Source: an uncultured delta proteobacterium
GTDB taxonomy: Bacteria; Desulfobacterota; Binatia; DP-6
Length of the DNA: 64,000 nucleotides
Assembly: GCA_963815115.1 (NCBI GenBank)
Contig: CAWFFN010000007.1
Coordinates: 672,001 to 736,000, forward strand
Direction: 5' to 3'
How positions within the stretch are numbered: position 1 is the first letter of the stretch; each line of letters begins with the position of its first letter. Of this stretch, positions 21,646 to 30,606 are shown one piece after another. A program made the position numbers and the translations under genes. The notes beneath the pieces were generated by a model. That model was not told the origin of the DNA. It did not search any database and saw nothing but the letters and a program-made list of their open reading frames with translations.

Positions 21646-22425
21646 GCCGAATCTGTGATCGGCCTCTATAAGACGGAGGTGATCCGACGCCAAGGTCCGT
21701 GGCGCCACGTCGAGGCCGTCGAATTCGCGACGCTCTCGTGGGTCGACTGGTTCAACACCCGGCGGCTCCTCGCGCCCCTTGGCCACGTGCCGCCGATCGA
21801 GTACGAGCGCGCCTACTACGAACGTCACGCAACTCCCGCCACGGAGGCCGGACTCAACTAATCGAGCCTCCGGCGAAGCCGGGCCGGTTCAGACAGCGTC
21901 AGCGAGTTGCTTCCACGCCGTGGGCGATGGCCATGCGAAATCGGAAGAGCGGATCCGGTGCACGTTCGGATTTGCCAACAGGGGGCGCGGGAGAATCGGT
22001 AGAAGCGCGGTCGATCCGACTGCTTTGAGAAATGTGCGCCGGTGCATTGAGACCTCCCGATTCTGCTAAGTTGTGACGTTTGCCAGTCAGGCGTGAAATG
22101 AAGCCCCATATGGTCATTCCCCGGGGGCCGGCCCCGGTCCGCCACGAAGAACGGCTTATTCCGCGCGGACCGGTTCGCCACTCTATCACAGTAGCGCATG
22201 GGGTACCTAGCTAGGGTTGGCCGGTCGTCTCCACAGTGTCGTTGGTCGCGGACTACAGAGTTTCGTCGCCGCGAGGGAACTCGCCATCAGCCACTACTCC
22301 CCCCTGCGACTCGCACGTGTCTACACCGACCACTCTGCAGTGCCAATCGAGGCCAGCTAACCCACATTTGCTCCTCGGTACCATTCTGGAATAGGAGCGA
22401 ACCTCCGCGACAACGGGAGGTGGAG

Positions 22426-22614
22426 ATGCCCCGACGCAAGAGTCTCATCACGATCATCCGCGAGTTCGTGCAGGAAGAGGTGCGACGCGCTATGACGGGT
22501 CTTCTCGGGACGTCCGCTCCAAAGAAGCGCCCCAAGAATGGCCGCCGTCGTCGTCGCCGGCGTGGCCCTGGACGTCCACCGGGCTCAAAGAACAAGCGTC
22601 AAAGGACTCTTTAA
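22426..22614 (+). CDS. 62-aa basic protein with AT-hook (RGPGRPPGSKNK); putative nucleoid-associated protein
   Basis: GGAGG RBS; amphipathic N-terminal helix, poly-Arg run and GRP core. Confidence 0.7.
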   Translation: MPRRKSLITIIREFVQEEVRRAMTGLLGTSAPKKRPKNGRRRRRRRGPGRPPGSKNKRQRTL

Positions 22615-22857
22615 CGTGCTTTCCCTGAACTGGGAGCACTAGCAGTTCGTCTCCGCGCCGTCGGCAACGCAGTAGGCCGTTGAATACGCCGCTCGACGGC
22701 GAGCGGGCGCCGGGGATGTCCATGGGCACGTCGCCCACGCCTTTCGCCACGAGCTTCGCCTAAGGGGCCCTCCTCTACCTGGGCCTTTACGGTTCGAGCG
22801 CGCAGGAGTAGGAAGGTGGTCGTCGCGGACGCGTGTCCGCGCGGGAGGGAGGCAGCC

Positions 22858-23139
22858 GTGCCGATTTACGTCACGTTGTTCAAGTGGACCGATCAGGGGC
22901 GCAAGGACGTCGGGACACTGCCCGATCGCGCCGCCGCCGTTGCGAAGCGGATCGAACAGGTCGGCGGGAAGGTGATCGGCAACTACGTCACGATGGGTCA
23001 GTACGACCAGATCGCGATAACGGAGGCACCCGACGACGAGACCGTCGCGAAGATGGCGCTCATCATCGCCGGCCGCGGAAACGCAGTTAGCGAGACTTTG
23101 CGCGGCTTCACGATGGACGAGGTGCGCAAGCTGGTCTGA
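22858..23139 (+). CDS. GYD domain-containing protein
   Basis: YVTLFKWTDQG..GGK..TMGQYD..EAPDDE..GNAVSETLRGF. Confidence 0.88.
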   Translation: MPIYVTLFKWTDQGRKDVGTLPDRAAAVAKRIEQVGGKVIGNYVTMGQYDQIAITEAPDDETVAKMALIIAGRGNAVSETLRGFTMDEVRKLV

Positions 23140-23500
23140 GAAGTGTGGGCTACGTGCGCGAAGGGCCTCCCCATCGAAGGGAAAGAACTCCGGGGGTTAT
23201 CCCGGGGCCCGGAAAGGCCCCTAAAATAAAGACACTACCGGGCTAGGTCGCGGCCGAGGTTCTCGTGCTAGCACGAGCAAAGGGGGGAACCTAATGATGT
23301 CTCCTAACAGGCTCTTGCAAGTGGCCTTGGCCGTATTTGGTGCAGTCTTTCTCCTTATTTATCCGCTGGCGATCGTGTGGCCGTCCGGCTGGGCGTGGCA
23401 CGCCGGCGCGCCCTATGAATCCCAGTACTTCATGATGATCGTCGGAGTATACGCGACGCTCGGCGTCTTTGGGCTTGCCCCGTTTCGGCGAACACCTGAG

Positions 23501-24382
23501 TTAAGCCGCCGCGCGGCGACTCCAGTATCGGTCCTCGTAGTCGACGGGGCTCATCATGTCGATGGCTGAGTGCCGGCGCTGGCGGTTGTAGACGGCTTCG
23601 ATCCAGTGGACCGTTGCCGTCCGTGTGCGAGCCCGGGTCGGCCATGACCGGGGCTCGATGAGCTCGAGCTTGTAGGTCGCGAAGAACGACTCGGCGAGCG
23701 CATTGTCCCAGCACACGCCGGTCTTGCCCATCGACTGCTTCACGCCGTGCGTCTCGCACAGTGCCCGGAACTCGGCCGAGGTATATTGGCTTCCCCTGTC
23801 CGAGTGAAAGATGACACCCTCGACGTCCCCGCCGCGCGTAGCGACGGCCATCGTCAACGCGTCGCACACGAGCGATGCGCGCATGTGACCGGCCAACGAA
23901 AATCCGATCACGCGACGCGAGAAGACGTCGATGACCGTCGCCAGGTACAGCCAGCCCTCCCACGTGCGAATGTAGGTGATGTCGCCGACCCACAGCACGT
24001 CGGGAGCTGGGGCCTCGAACTGGCCGTGAACGAGATCGGGGATCGACGGCGGCGTCGGCTCCGGTGTCGTCGTGCGGACCCAGCGCGGTGGGCGACGACC
24101 TCGCAGGCCCGCCGCCTTCATCAAGCGAGCCACGCGCTTGCGGCCAACGTCGTGGCCCTGGGCCTGCAACTCCGCCAACACGCGGGGCACGCCGTATTGG
24201 CCGTCCGACGCGGCATGGATCGCTCGAATCTTCACCAGCAGTGCTGCGTCGTCTCGTTCACGCTGCGACGGCTGCCCGTTCTGCCACTCGTAGTAGGCGG
24301 TGCGGGAGACCTGGGCCATCCGGCAAAGCTGCGTCACCGAATACCGACGACTCTCCGCCTCGACGAACCGGTACCGGCTCAT
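23501..24382 (-). CDS. IS3 transposase OrfB (DDE)
   Basis: WVGDITYI..WLYLATVID, FHSDRGSQYTS, CWDNALAESFF. Confidence 0.93.
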   Translation of the reverse strand: MSRYRFVEAESRRYSVTQLCRMAQVSRTAYYEWQNGQPSQRERDDAALLVKIRAIHAASDGQYGVPRVLAELQAQGHDVGRKRVARLMKAAGLRGRRPPRWVRTTTPEPTPPSIPDLVHGQFEAPAPDVLWVGDITYIRTWEGWLYLATVIDVFSRRVIGFSLAGHMRASLVCDALTMAVATRGGDVEGVIFHSDRGSQYTSAEFRALCETHGVKQSMGKTGVCWDNALAESFFATYKLELIEPRSWPTRARTRTATVHWIEAVYNRQRRHSAIDMMSPVDYEDRYWSRRAAA

Positions 24383-24696
24383 CGGGTCTCCATCGCGAAG
24401 AAAGCCGCCGCCCGCTTCAAGATGTCCCGCTCGTCGCGGAGCACCCGCACCTCGCGTCGCAACCGACGCAGCTCCTCGCGCTCCTCGGTCGTCAGCCCGT
24501 CCTGTTCCCCCGCGTCCACTGCCGCTTGCTCGACCCAGTGGCGTACCGCCGTCTCGCTCAGGTCCATCTCCCGACAAATCGTCGGGATCGTCCGGTCACC
24601 CTGTCGCACCAAGGCGACGACCTCGGCCTTGAACGACGTCGTGAACGATCGCCGCGGTCGGCGACTCGCTCCCTTGCCCTCCACCTTCTTCCCCAT
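24379..24696 (-). CDS. IS3 transposase OrfA (HTH)
   Basis: RRSFTTSFKAEVV..ETAVRHWV..ILKRAAAFF; ATGA overlap with orfB. Confidence 0.92.
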   Translation of the reverse strand: MGKKVEGKGASRRPRRSFTTSFKAEVVALVRQGDRTIPTICREMDLSETAVRHWVEQAAVDAGEQDGLTTEEREELRRLRREVRVLRDERDILKRAAAFFAMETR

Positions 24697-26083
24697 TCGA
24701 ACACCCTCCTCGTGGGCTCACGCCCACATCTGGGGTGTTCGCCGGTCGGGGGCAAGTCCACTTCCTATTGAATGCGTCGAGAAACCCGCAAGCGCATCGC
24801 AGCTTAATCTGGTTCACAGTGTGGTCGAGCGTCGTGCACGCCGGCATCATGGCGGTTCAATCGATGCCCGCTGCACATAGCGGTCACTTGCTTGGTGATG
24901 TGCCCGCCCTTATCCTCGTCGCGATTGTTCTCGGCGGTTTGCTTGTGCGGGCGGAACAGGGGCAAGCCAAAGCTGCTTAGCAACGCTCCGCGGGCGCGGG
25001 GCTGGGCGAGCGCACCCTGCCGCGATCCTCGTCTCGTTTCGCCACCGTCGCCGGCTCGGCTAGCTCAGCCAGGGCCGACACATCCCCCGCCGGCACTTCC
25101 ATAGACAGCGCCTTCCATAGACACCACGCCCCATCGGCTCGACGAGATGCTTCGCCGCGAGGGCATCATCACGTGAAGAGACGGGATAGTTGGCCCGCGC
25201 CAAAACCCCCGGGACAGCACACCCCGAAAGCCGCGTGTTCCCGGCCCCGGGAAGCCTCCTTCCCGCCGCGCCAAAACCGTTTGGTTTTGACTCGGAGCCC
25301 ATTTCTTCCTCGCGCACACCAGCTGCCAAGAGCGCTCGGCGGACCTGAAGGCGGCGAAGCTGTTTTCGGGCGCTGGGCGCCTCCCCGCACTCGGGGGACT
25401 ATCCCTATTCCGGTTCCATCGCGGCTTCCACCCGTCCTGAGCGCATCGCCTTTTTGAGGATTGCATGGTCGCGTTCACTCTGATCGGCGTAGGCGATGGC
25501 GAACGCCGCAATGGCTTTGGCGAAGGCGTCGCTCTTGCCGAGGTACCCGCTGATCTCGGCGGGGGCACCGGAGCGGGCGTGGGCGCGCGCCAGCGTCCAT
25601 CCACAGATCTCGGCGTACTGGGTCATCATGACTGGGCTGAACAAGTCAACGAGAGCCCCGACCTTCATGTCCTTCAGTTGGCGGATGTAGAAGTGCCGGC
25701 CGAGCTCAGCCTTCGTCCAACCGAGGAACATGTCACTCGCCGATTGCATGAGGCGGTAGCCGTTCACGACCCGCTGCCCATGGTTGCGGTAGATGCTCTT
25801 GCCGGCATACGCCTCCAGCACCGAGGAGCGCGCCTCTTTGACCTGGAGGAACAGAGGATCCCGCTCGCTCGCCATCAGGAGCATCACGGCACAGAAGGTC
25901 CCGACGCTGCCGACACCGACCACCTTGATGGCGATGTCCTTGAGCTCAAAACGGTCGATGAGCACACGGCGGTCTTCTTCTAGTGACTCCCGATAGCCGG
26001 CAAAGGCCGCTCGGGTACGCGTGAGCAAATCCCTTACACCCTGCGGAGCCTGTCAATGAGAATGAGACAGTGGGTTCCGGAAT

Positions 26084-27262
26084 TTAGTGTAGATCCTCCG
26101 TGTTGAGCGGCGCGACGGCCGCGATGTCGGGTTCGGTGCCGATCGATCCGAATCGCTCGCGGACACCGATTCGGGGGGATACCTCGGTAAGGGTCGAGTC
26201 CGCTGCGTGGCTGTGCGGGGCTCTGGACGCGAAGGTGGTGACGACCTCGGCCTCGGAATCGCGAGGGTGCTTGGCGAGCGCCGCCTTCGGCTTGTTGATC
26301 CAGACCGCGCTCGGCAACGCCGGCGGGCGCGGAAGCCCCGCGACGAAGCGCTCGGGATGGGCGGCGAACGCTGCGGCCAGCACGCGTGCACGCGCCTCGA
26401 CCCGCTGCTCGGCCAGCCCGTAGTGGACCTCGTGAGGCGTGAGCATCCCGAGGCCCGAGTGCCGGTGCTCGGTGTTGTACCAGGGGAAGAAGGCGTGACC
26501 ATGCCCGCGGGCGTGCTGGATCGACCCGAATCGATCGGGGAAATCCGGCCGATACTTCAGCGTTTTGAACTGCGCCTCGGAGAAGGGGTTGTCGTTCGAC
26601 ACGTAGGGCCGCGAATGGGTCTTGGTGACCCCGAGGTCCGAGAGCAGCAGCGCCACCGGCTTCGAGGTCATCGACGGCCCGCGGTCAGCATGGAGCGTGA
26701 GCTCGCCCGGCGTGATCCCCTGCCGCCGGCAGCTCTGCTCGATCAGCTTCCTCGCCAGCGCCGCGCGCTCCTCGTGAGCGACCATCCAGCCGACGACGTA
26801 GCGGCTGAAGAGGTCCAGGATCACGTAGAGGTAGAAGTACGTCCATTTTGCCGGCCCGAGGAGTTTCGTGATGTCCCAGCTCCAGACCTGGTTCGGCGCC
26901 ATGGCCAGGAGCTCGGGCGCCGCGTACGACGGGTGGCGGAGCTGATCCCGTCGCTCGTGCACCTCGTGATGCTCCGCCAGAATCCGATACATCGTCCGCT
27001 CCGAGCAGAGGTAGCGCTTGGCATCGAGCAGCTGGGCGTAGACCTGCGCCGGGGCGAGATCGACGAACCCGGGTTGGTGCAGCACTGCGAGCACGGCCGT
27101 GCGTTCGGCGACGGCGAGCTTACGTGGCGGACTCGGGCGAGGTGCAGCGGGCGGCGTCGGGCTGATCCGCCGGTAGTAGGTGGCCGGCGGCAGGCCGAGC
27201 GCCGCGCAGGTCGGCGCGATCCCGAGCCGCGGCCCCACCTCGCGAACCGTCTCGATCGTCAT
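26084..27262 (-). CDS. IS3 transposase OrfB
   Basis: WSWDITKL, LHADRG, SNDNPFSEAQFKTLKY. Confidence 0.93.
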   Translation of the reverse strand: MTIETVREVGPRLGIAPTCAALGLPPATYYRRISPTPPAAPRPSPPRKLAVAERTAVLAVLHQPGFVDLAPAQVYAQLLDAKRYLCSERTMYRILAEHHEVHERRDQLRHPSYAAPELLAMAPNQVWSWDITKLLGPAKWTYFYLYVILDLFSRYVVGWMVAHEERAALARKLIEQSCRRQGITPGELTLHADRGPSMTSKPVALLLSDLGVTKTHSRPYVSNDNPFSEAQFKTLKYRPDFPDRFGSIQHARGHGHAFFPWYNTEHRHSGLGMLTPHEVHYGLAEQRVEARARVLAAAFAAHPERFVAGLPRPPALPSAVWINKPKAALAKHPRDSEAEVVTTFASRAPHSHAADSTLTEVSPRIGVRERFGSIGTEPDIAAVAPLNTEDLH

Positions 27263-27759
27263 TTCTCGCTCTCGAACGGAGTCCCCAGCAGCGCCGCGAG
27301 TTTTTTTTGAACATCGACCAGCGCCTCGGCCCGCTCGGCCCGCTTCCTCCAGCGCGTGATCTCCCGCTCCTGCTCGACGATCTTCTTGTCCCGTGGATCG
27401 GGCGGCACGAGCTTCGGTCCCCGCTTCTGCGCCGACAGCCCCTCGAGCTCACCCCGGTCGCGAGCCGCGCGCCACGTCGTCAGGAGCGAGGAGTACAGCC
27501 CCTCGCGCCGAAGCAGCGCGCCGATCTCGCCCGGCTTTGTGCAGCGGTCCGCCTCGCGCACGATCCGCCGCTTGTACTCCGCCGTGAACCGCCGCCGCTC
27601 TGCCTTGGCCACGACTTCGATCTCCGGCCTCGCTTCCCTCGCGATCACTCCCGCCGGCGGCGCGCCGACCGGGAAAACTCCAGTCGCCCTACGGGCTCCT
27701 TCCGTTTCCCCGGCCTCCTCCATCCTCTCATCCCTCGCCTTCTTTCCGACCACCTTCAT
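27259..27759 (-). CDS. IS3 transposase OrfA
   Basis: RRRFTAEYKRRIV..LLRREGLYSS..WR; A8 run near the 3' end, ATGA overlap. Confidence 0.88.
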   Translation of the reverse strand: MKVVGKKARDERMEEAGETEGARRATGVFPVGAPPAGVIAREARPEIEVVAKAERRRFTAEYKRRIVREADRCTKPGEIGALLRREGLYSSLLTTWRAARDRGELEGLSAQKRGPKLVPPDPRDKKIVEQEREITRWRKRAERAEALVDVQKKLAALLGTPFESEK

Positions 27760-28155
27760 CCATCTCGGCCTCCCCGCCCTCTACAGTAAACTATCGCTAC
27801 TCCACTGTCTCACGATCATTGGCAGAGAGGGCTGTTCGCGCGGGTGGTAGATCAAGGGAGGGTTGTCCTTGATGGTCGGCGCCTGACCGGCCATGGCCGC
27901 GAGCTTGGGAAAGTCATGCTCCAACACGCTGCGGGCACGAGCCTTGGCCAGCATCTTCTGATGCCGGCGACGAGCTTCTTTGTCCTTGATCGTCGGGAGC
28001 ACTTTCTCGACGTCTATGCTCGCATACCACACGTCCAGCACCGGCATCTGACTGTACTCCGCCGTCCGTTCGCGATACGAGCGAACACATGCAAGCACTG
28101 CATCGCGAGCGCAGGCGGAGCCTGTCAATGAGAATGAGACAGTGGGTTCCGGAAT

Positions 28156-29334
28156 TTAGTGTAGATCCTCCGTGTTGAGCGGCGCGACGGCCGCGATGTC
28201 GGGTTCGGTGCCGATCGATCCGAATCGCTCGCGGACACCGATTCGGGGGGATACCTCGGTAAGGGTCGAGTCCGCTGCGTGGCTGTGCGGGGCTCTGGAC
28301 GCGAAGGTGGTGACGACCTCGGCCTCGGAATCGCGAGGGTGCTTGGCGAGCGCCGCCTTCGGCTTGTTGATCCAGACCGCGCTCGGCAACGCCGGCGGGC
28401 GCGGAAGCCCCGCGACGAAGCGCTCGGGATGGGCGGCGAACGCTGCGGCCAGCACGCGTGCACGCGCCTCGACCCGCTGCTCGGCCAGCCCGTAGTGGAC
28501 CTCGTGAGGCGTGAGCATCCCGAGGCCCGAGTGCCGGTGCTCGGTGTTGTACCAGGGGAAGAAGGCGTGACCATGCCCGCGGGCGTGCTGGATCGACCCG
28601 AATCGATCGGGGAAATCCGGCCGATACTTCAGCGTTTTGAACTGCGCCTCGGAGAAGGGGTTGTCGTTCGACACGTAGGGCCGCGAATGGGTCTTGGTGA
28701 CCCCGAGGTCCGAGAGCAGCAGCGCCACCGGCTTCGAGGTCATCGACGGCCCGCGGTCAGCATGGAGCGTGAGCTCGCCCGGCGTGATCCCCTGCCGCCG
28801 GCAGCTCTGCTCGATCAGCTTCCTCGCCAGCGCCGCGCGCTCCTCGTGAGCGACCATCCAGCCCACGACGTAGCGGCTGAAGAGGTCCAGGATCACGTAG
28901 AGGTAGAAGTACGTCCATTTTGCCGGCCCGAGGAGTTTCGTGATGTCCCAGCTCCAGACCTGGTTCGGCGCCATGGCCAGGAGCTCGGGCGCCGCGTACG
29001 ACGGGTGGCGGAGCTGATCCCGTCGCTCGTGCACCTCGTGATGCTCCGCCAGAATCCGATACATCGTCCGCTCCGAGCAGAGGTAGCGCTTGGCATCGAG
29101 CAGCTGGGCGTAGACCTGCGCCGGGGCGAGATCGACGAACCCGGGTTGGTGCAGCACTGCGAGCACGGCCGTGCGTTCGGCGACGGCGAGCTTACGTGGC
29201 GGACTCGGGCGAGGTGCAGCGGGCGGCGTCGGGCTGATCCGCCGGTAGTAGGTGGCCGGCGGCAGGCCGAGCGCCGCGCAGGTCGGCGCGATCCCGAGCC
29301 GCGGCCCCACCTCGCGAACCGTCTCGATCGTCAT
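28156..29334 (-). CDS. IS3 transposase OrfB
   Basis: Protein identical to 26084..27262. Confidence 0.93.
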   Translation of the reverse strand: MTIETVREVGPRLGIAPTCAALGLPPATYYRRISPTPPAAPRPSPPRKLAVAERTAVLAVLHQPGFVDLAPAQVYAQLLDAKRYLCSERTMYRILAEHHEVHERRDQLRHPSYAAPELLAMAPNQVWSWDITKLLGPAKWTYFYLYVILDLFSRYVVGWMVAHEERAALARKLIEQSCRRQGITPGELTLHADRGPSMTSKPVALLLSDLGVTKTHSRPYVSNDNPFSEAQFKTLKYRPDFPDRFGSIQHARGHGHAFFPWYNTEHRHSGLGMLTPHEVHYGLAEQRVEARARVLAAAFAAHPERFVAGLPRPPALPSAVWINKPKAALAKHPRDSEAEVVTTFASRAPHSHAADSTLTEVSPRIGVRERFGSIGTEPDIAAVAPLNTEDLH

Positions 29335-29831
29335 TTCTCGCTCTCGAACGGAGTCCCCAGCAGCGCCGCGAGTTTTTTTTGAACATCGACCAGCGCCTCG
29401 GCCCGCTCGGCCCGCTTCCTCCAGCGCGTGATCTCCCGCTCCTGCTCGACGATCTTCTTGTCCCGTGGATCGGGCGGCACGAGCTTCGGTCCCCGCTTCT
29501 GCGCCGACAGCCCCTCGAGCTCACCCCGGTCGCGAGCCGCGCGCCACGTCGTCAGGAGCGAGGAGTACAGCCCCTCGCGCCGAAGCAGCGCGCCGATCTC
29601 GCCCGGCTTTGTGCAGCGGTCCGCCTCGCGCACGATCCGCCGCTTGTACTCCGCCGTGAACCGCCGCCGCTCTGCCTTGGCCACGACTTCGATCTCCGGC
29701 CTCGCTTCCCTCGCGATCACTCCCGCCGGCGGCGCGCCGACCGGGAAAACTCCAGTCGCCCTACGGGCTCCTTCCGTTTCCCCGGCCTCCTCCATCCTCT
29801 CATCCCTCGCCTTCTTTCCGACCACCTTCAT
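29331..29831 (-). CDS. IS3 transposase OrfA
   Basis: Protein identical to 27259..27759. Confidence 0.88.
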   Translation of the reverse strand: MKVVGKKARDERMEEAGETEGARRATGVFPVGAPPAGVIAREARPEIEVVAKAERRRFTAEYKRRIVREADRCTKPGEIGALLRREGLYSSLLTTWRAARDRGELEGLSAQKRGPKLVPPDPRDKKIVEQEREITRWRKRAERAEALVDVQKKLAALLGTPFESEK

Positions 29832-29903
29832 CCATCTCGGCCTCCCCGCCCTCTACAGTAAACTATCGCTACTCCACTGTCTCACGATCATTGGCAGAGA
29901 GGG

Positions 29904-29996
29904 TGCGCTGGCTCGCACCTCGGTCGGAAGCTTCTCCAGCACCTTGCCGATCTGCTCAAGACGACCGGCGCGGGTCTTGAACTCCTCATCATTCAC
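29904..29996 (-). pseudogene. First 31 codons of a gene-cassette ORF truncated by IS3
   Basis: GGAAAGGGG RBS, then GTG MNDEEFKTRAGRLEQIGKVLEKLPTEVRASA, starting just after the attC R' box. Confidence 0.6.
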
Positions 29997-30017
29997 AAAG
30001 GACCCCTTTCCGGTGTT

Positions 30018-30095
30018 GACTAACGTTTGAGTTCACCCGCTCGCGGAAGGGGGGGAAGCCCGCTGTAGCGAGTCGGGTGCAACGAAGGGTTAGCC
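30018..30095 (-). other. Integron attC site (78 bp)
   Basis: Minus strand GGCTAAC-ccttcgttgcacccgactcgc..gcgagcgggtgaactcaaac-GTTAGTC; imperfect palindrome; the ORF stop TAA lies inside R''. Confidence 0.88.
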
Positions 30096-30524
30096 GTCAC
30101 GGAAGATTTCCTCTCCAGAGGTGAGTTCCCACTGCAGCGACCTACGATTGAGCTCGAAGAAGCGCCAGGATTGTCCTCGCTTCCATTCGAACAGCACCAC
30201 AGAGCGTGCCCCATACTCACGCGCTACTTCGCGTAGGCGAACGCAGTCCTCATGTGTGGGCGGACGTGCAGTGCCACCCTTGACTTGAACAAGGACGATC
30301 TCGAAGAGATCGCCGCGCTTCAGGAGAGGGCTCTTTGGTTGCTTCGTATTCTTCCGAACCGCTACGAGGTCAACGACGCCCCGCCACTCACCTTTGCCTT
30401 TGCCCCGGAACGACACGAACTGCCAACGCTGGGCTACCGGCCTACTCAGAGCGCGGAACATAGTTTCCGCCCACCGCCCGGTTGTATGGGCTTTGACATG
30501 TGCAGGGACGTTGGCGTCTGTCAT
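30090..30524 (-). CDS. Small PD-(D/E)xK-type nuclease (Hjc/restriction-endonuclease-like), integron cassette
   Basis: GRWAE..GVVDLVAVRK..IVLVQVKGG; bounded by two attC sites. Confidence 0.7.
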   Translation of the reverse strand: MTDANVPAHVKAHTTGRWAETMFRALSRPVAQRWQFVSFRGKGKGEWRGVVDLVAVRKNTKQPKSPLLKRGDLFEIVLVQVKGGTARPPTHEDCVRLREVAREYGARSVVLFEWKRGQSWRFFELNRRSLQWELTSGEEIFRDG

Positions 30525-30538
30525 CGCCTGCGGGTGAC

Positions 30539-30597
30539 GGCTAACGTCCTGCCGATCAGCGGCGGACGAAGTCCGGCCGCTGCATCGCTTGTTAGCC
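30539..30597 (-). other. Integron attC site (59 bp)
   Basis: Minus strand GGCTAAC-aagcgatgcagcggccggac-ttc-gtccgccgctgatcggcaggac-GTTAGCC. Confidence 0.9.
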
Positions 30598-30606
30598 TGT
30601 GTTGTC

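Larger units (their letters stand above)
20205..21891 (+). mobile_element. IS3-family (IS51-group-like) remnant: orfB 3' part plus right IR, split by IS256
   Basis: AGIAPSVGTVGDSYDNALAES | VIGLYKTEVI..WVDWFNTRRL..PPIEYE rejoins after removing IS256; ends gcctccggcgaagccgggccggttca. Confidence 0.85.
23470..24760 (-). mobile_element. IS3-family element, complete
   Basis: TG..CA ends, IRs tgg(g/a)cttgcccc..ggcgaacacc, 3-bp TSD CTT. Confidence 0.93.
23294..24980 (+). pseudogene. DUF6632-like membrane protein disrupted by IS3
   Basis: ..MIVGVYATLGVF | LLNASRNPQAHRSLIWFTVWSSVVHAGIM.. rejoins in frame after removing the IS and one CTT. Confidence 0.85.
26044..27831 (-). mobile_element. IS3-family element copy 1
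   Basis: IRs cggagcctgtcaatgagaatgagacagtgg / ccctctctgccaatgatcgtgagacagtgg; 3-bp TSD CTG. Confidence 0.92.
25405..28115 (-). pseudogene. DUF2252 family protein, interrupted by one IS3 (pieces 25405-26043 and 27832-28115) and 5'-truncated by a second
   Basis: KVVGVGSVGT, LFLQVKEA, MQSASDMFLGW, FYIRQLKDMK, LARAHARSG; IKDNPPLIYHPREQ|GVRDLL rejoins. Confidence 0.88.
28116..29903 (-). mobile_element. IS3-family element copy 2 (near-identical to copy 1, no TSD)
   Basis: Same ends as copy 1; one synonymous difference seen (26792 vs 28864); flanks AGG / TGC do not match. Confidence 0.92.

Noticed and set aside
24975-25080. Possible attC after the DUF6632-like gene
   Set aside because: No RYYYAAC..GTTRRRY pair with a matching palindrome.
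26044-29903. Functional composite transposon
   Set aside because: The cargo is only a 284-bp internal DUF2252 piece in its native position, and there is no TSD around the pair.
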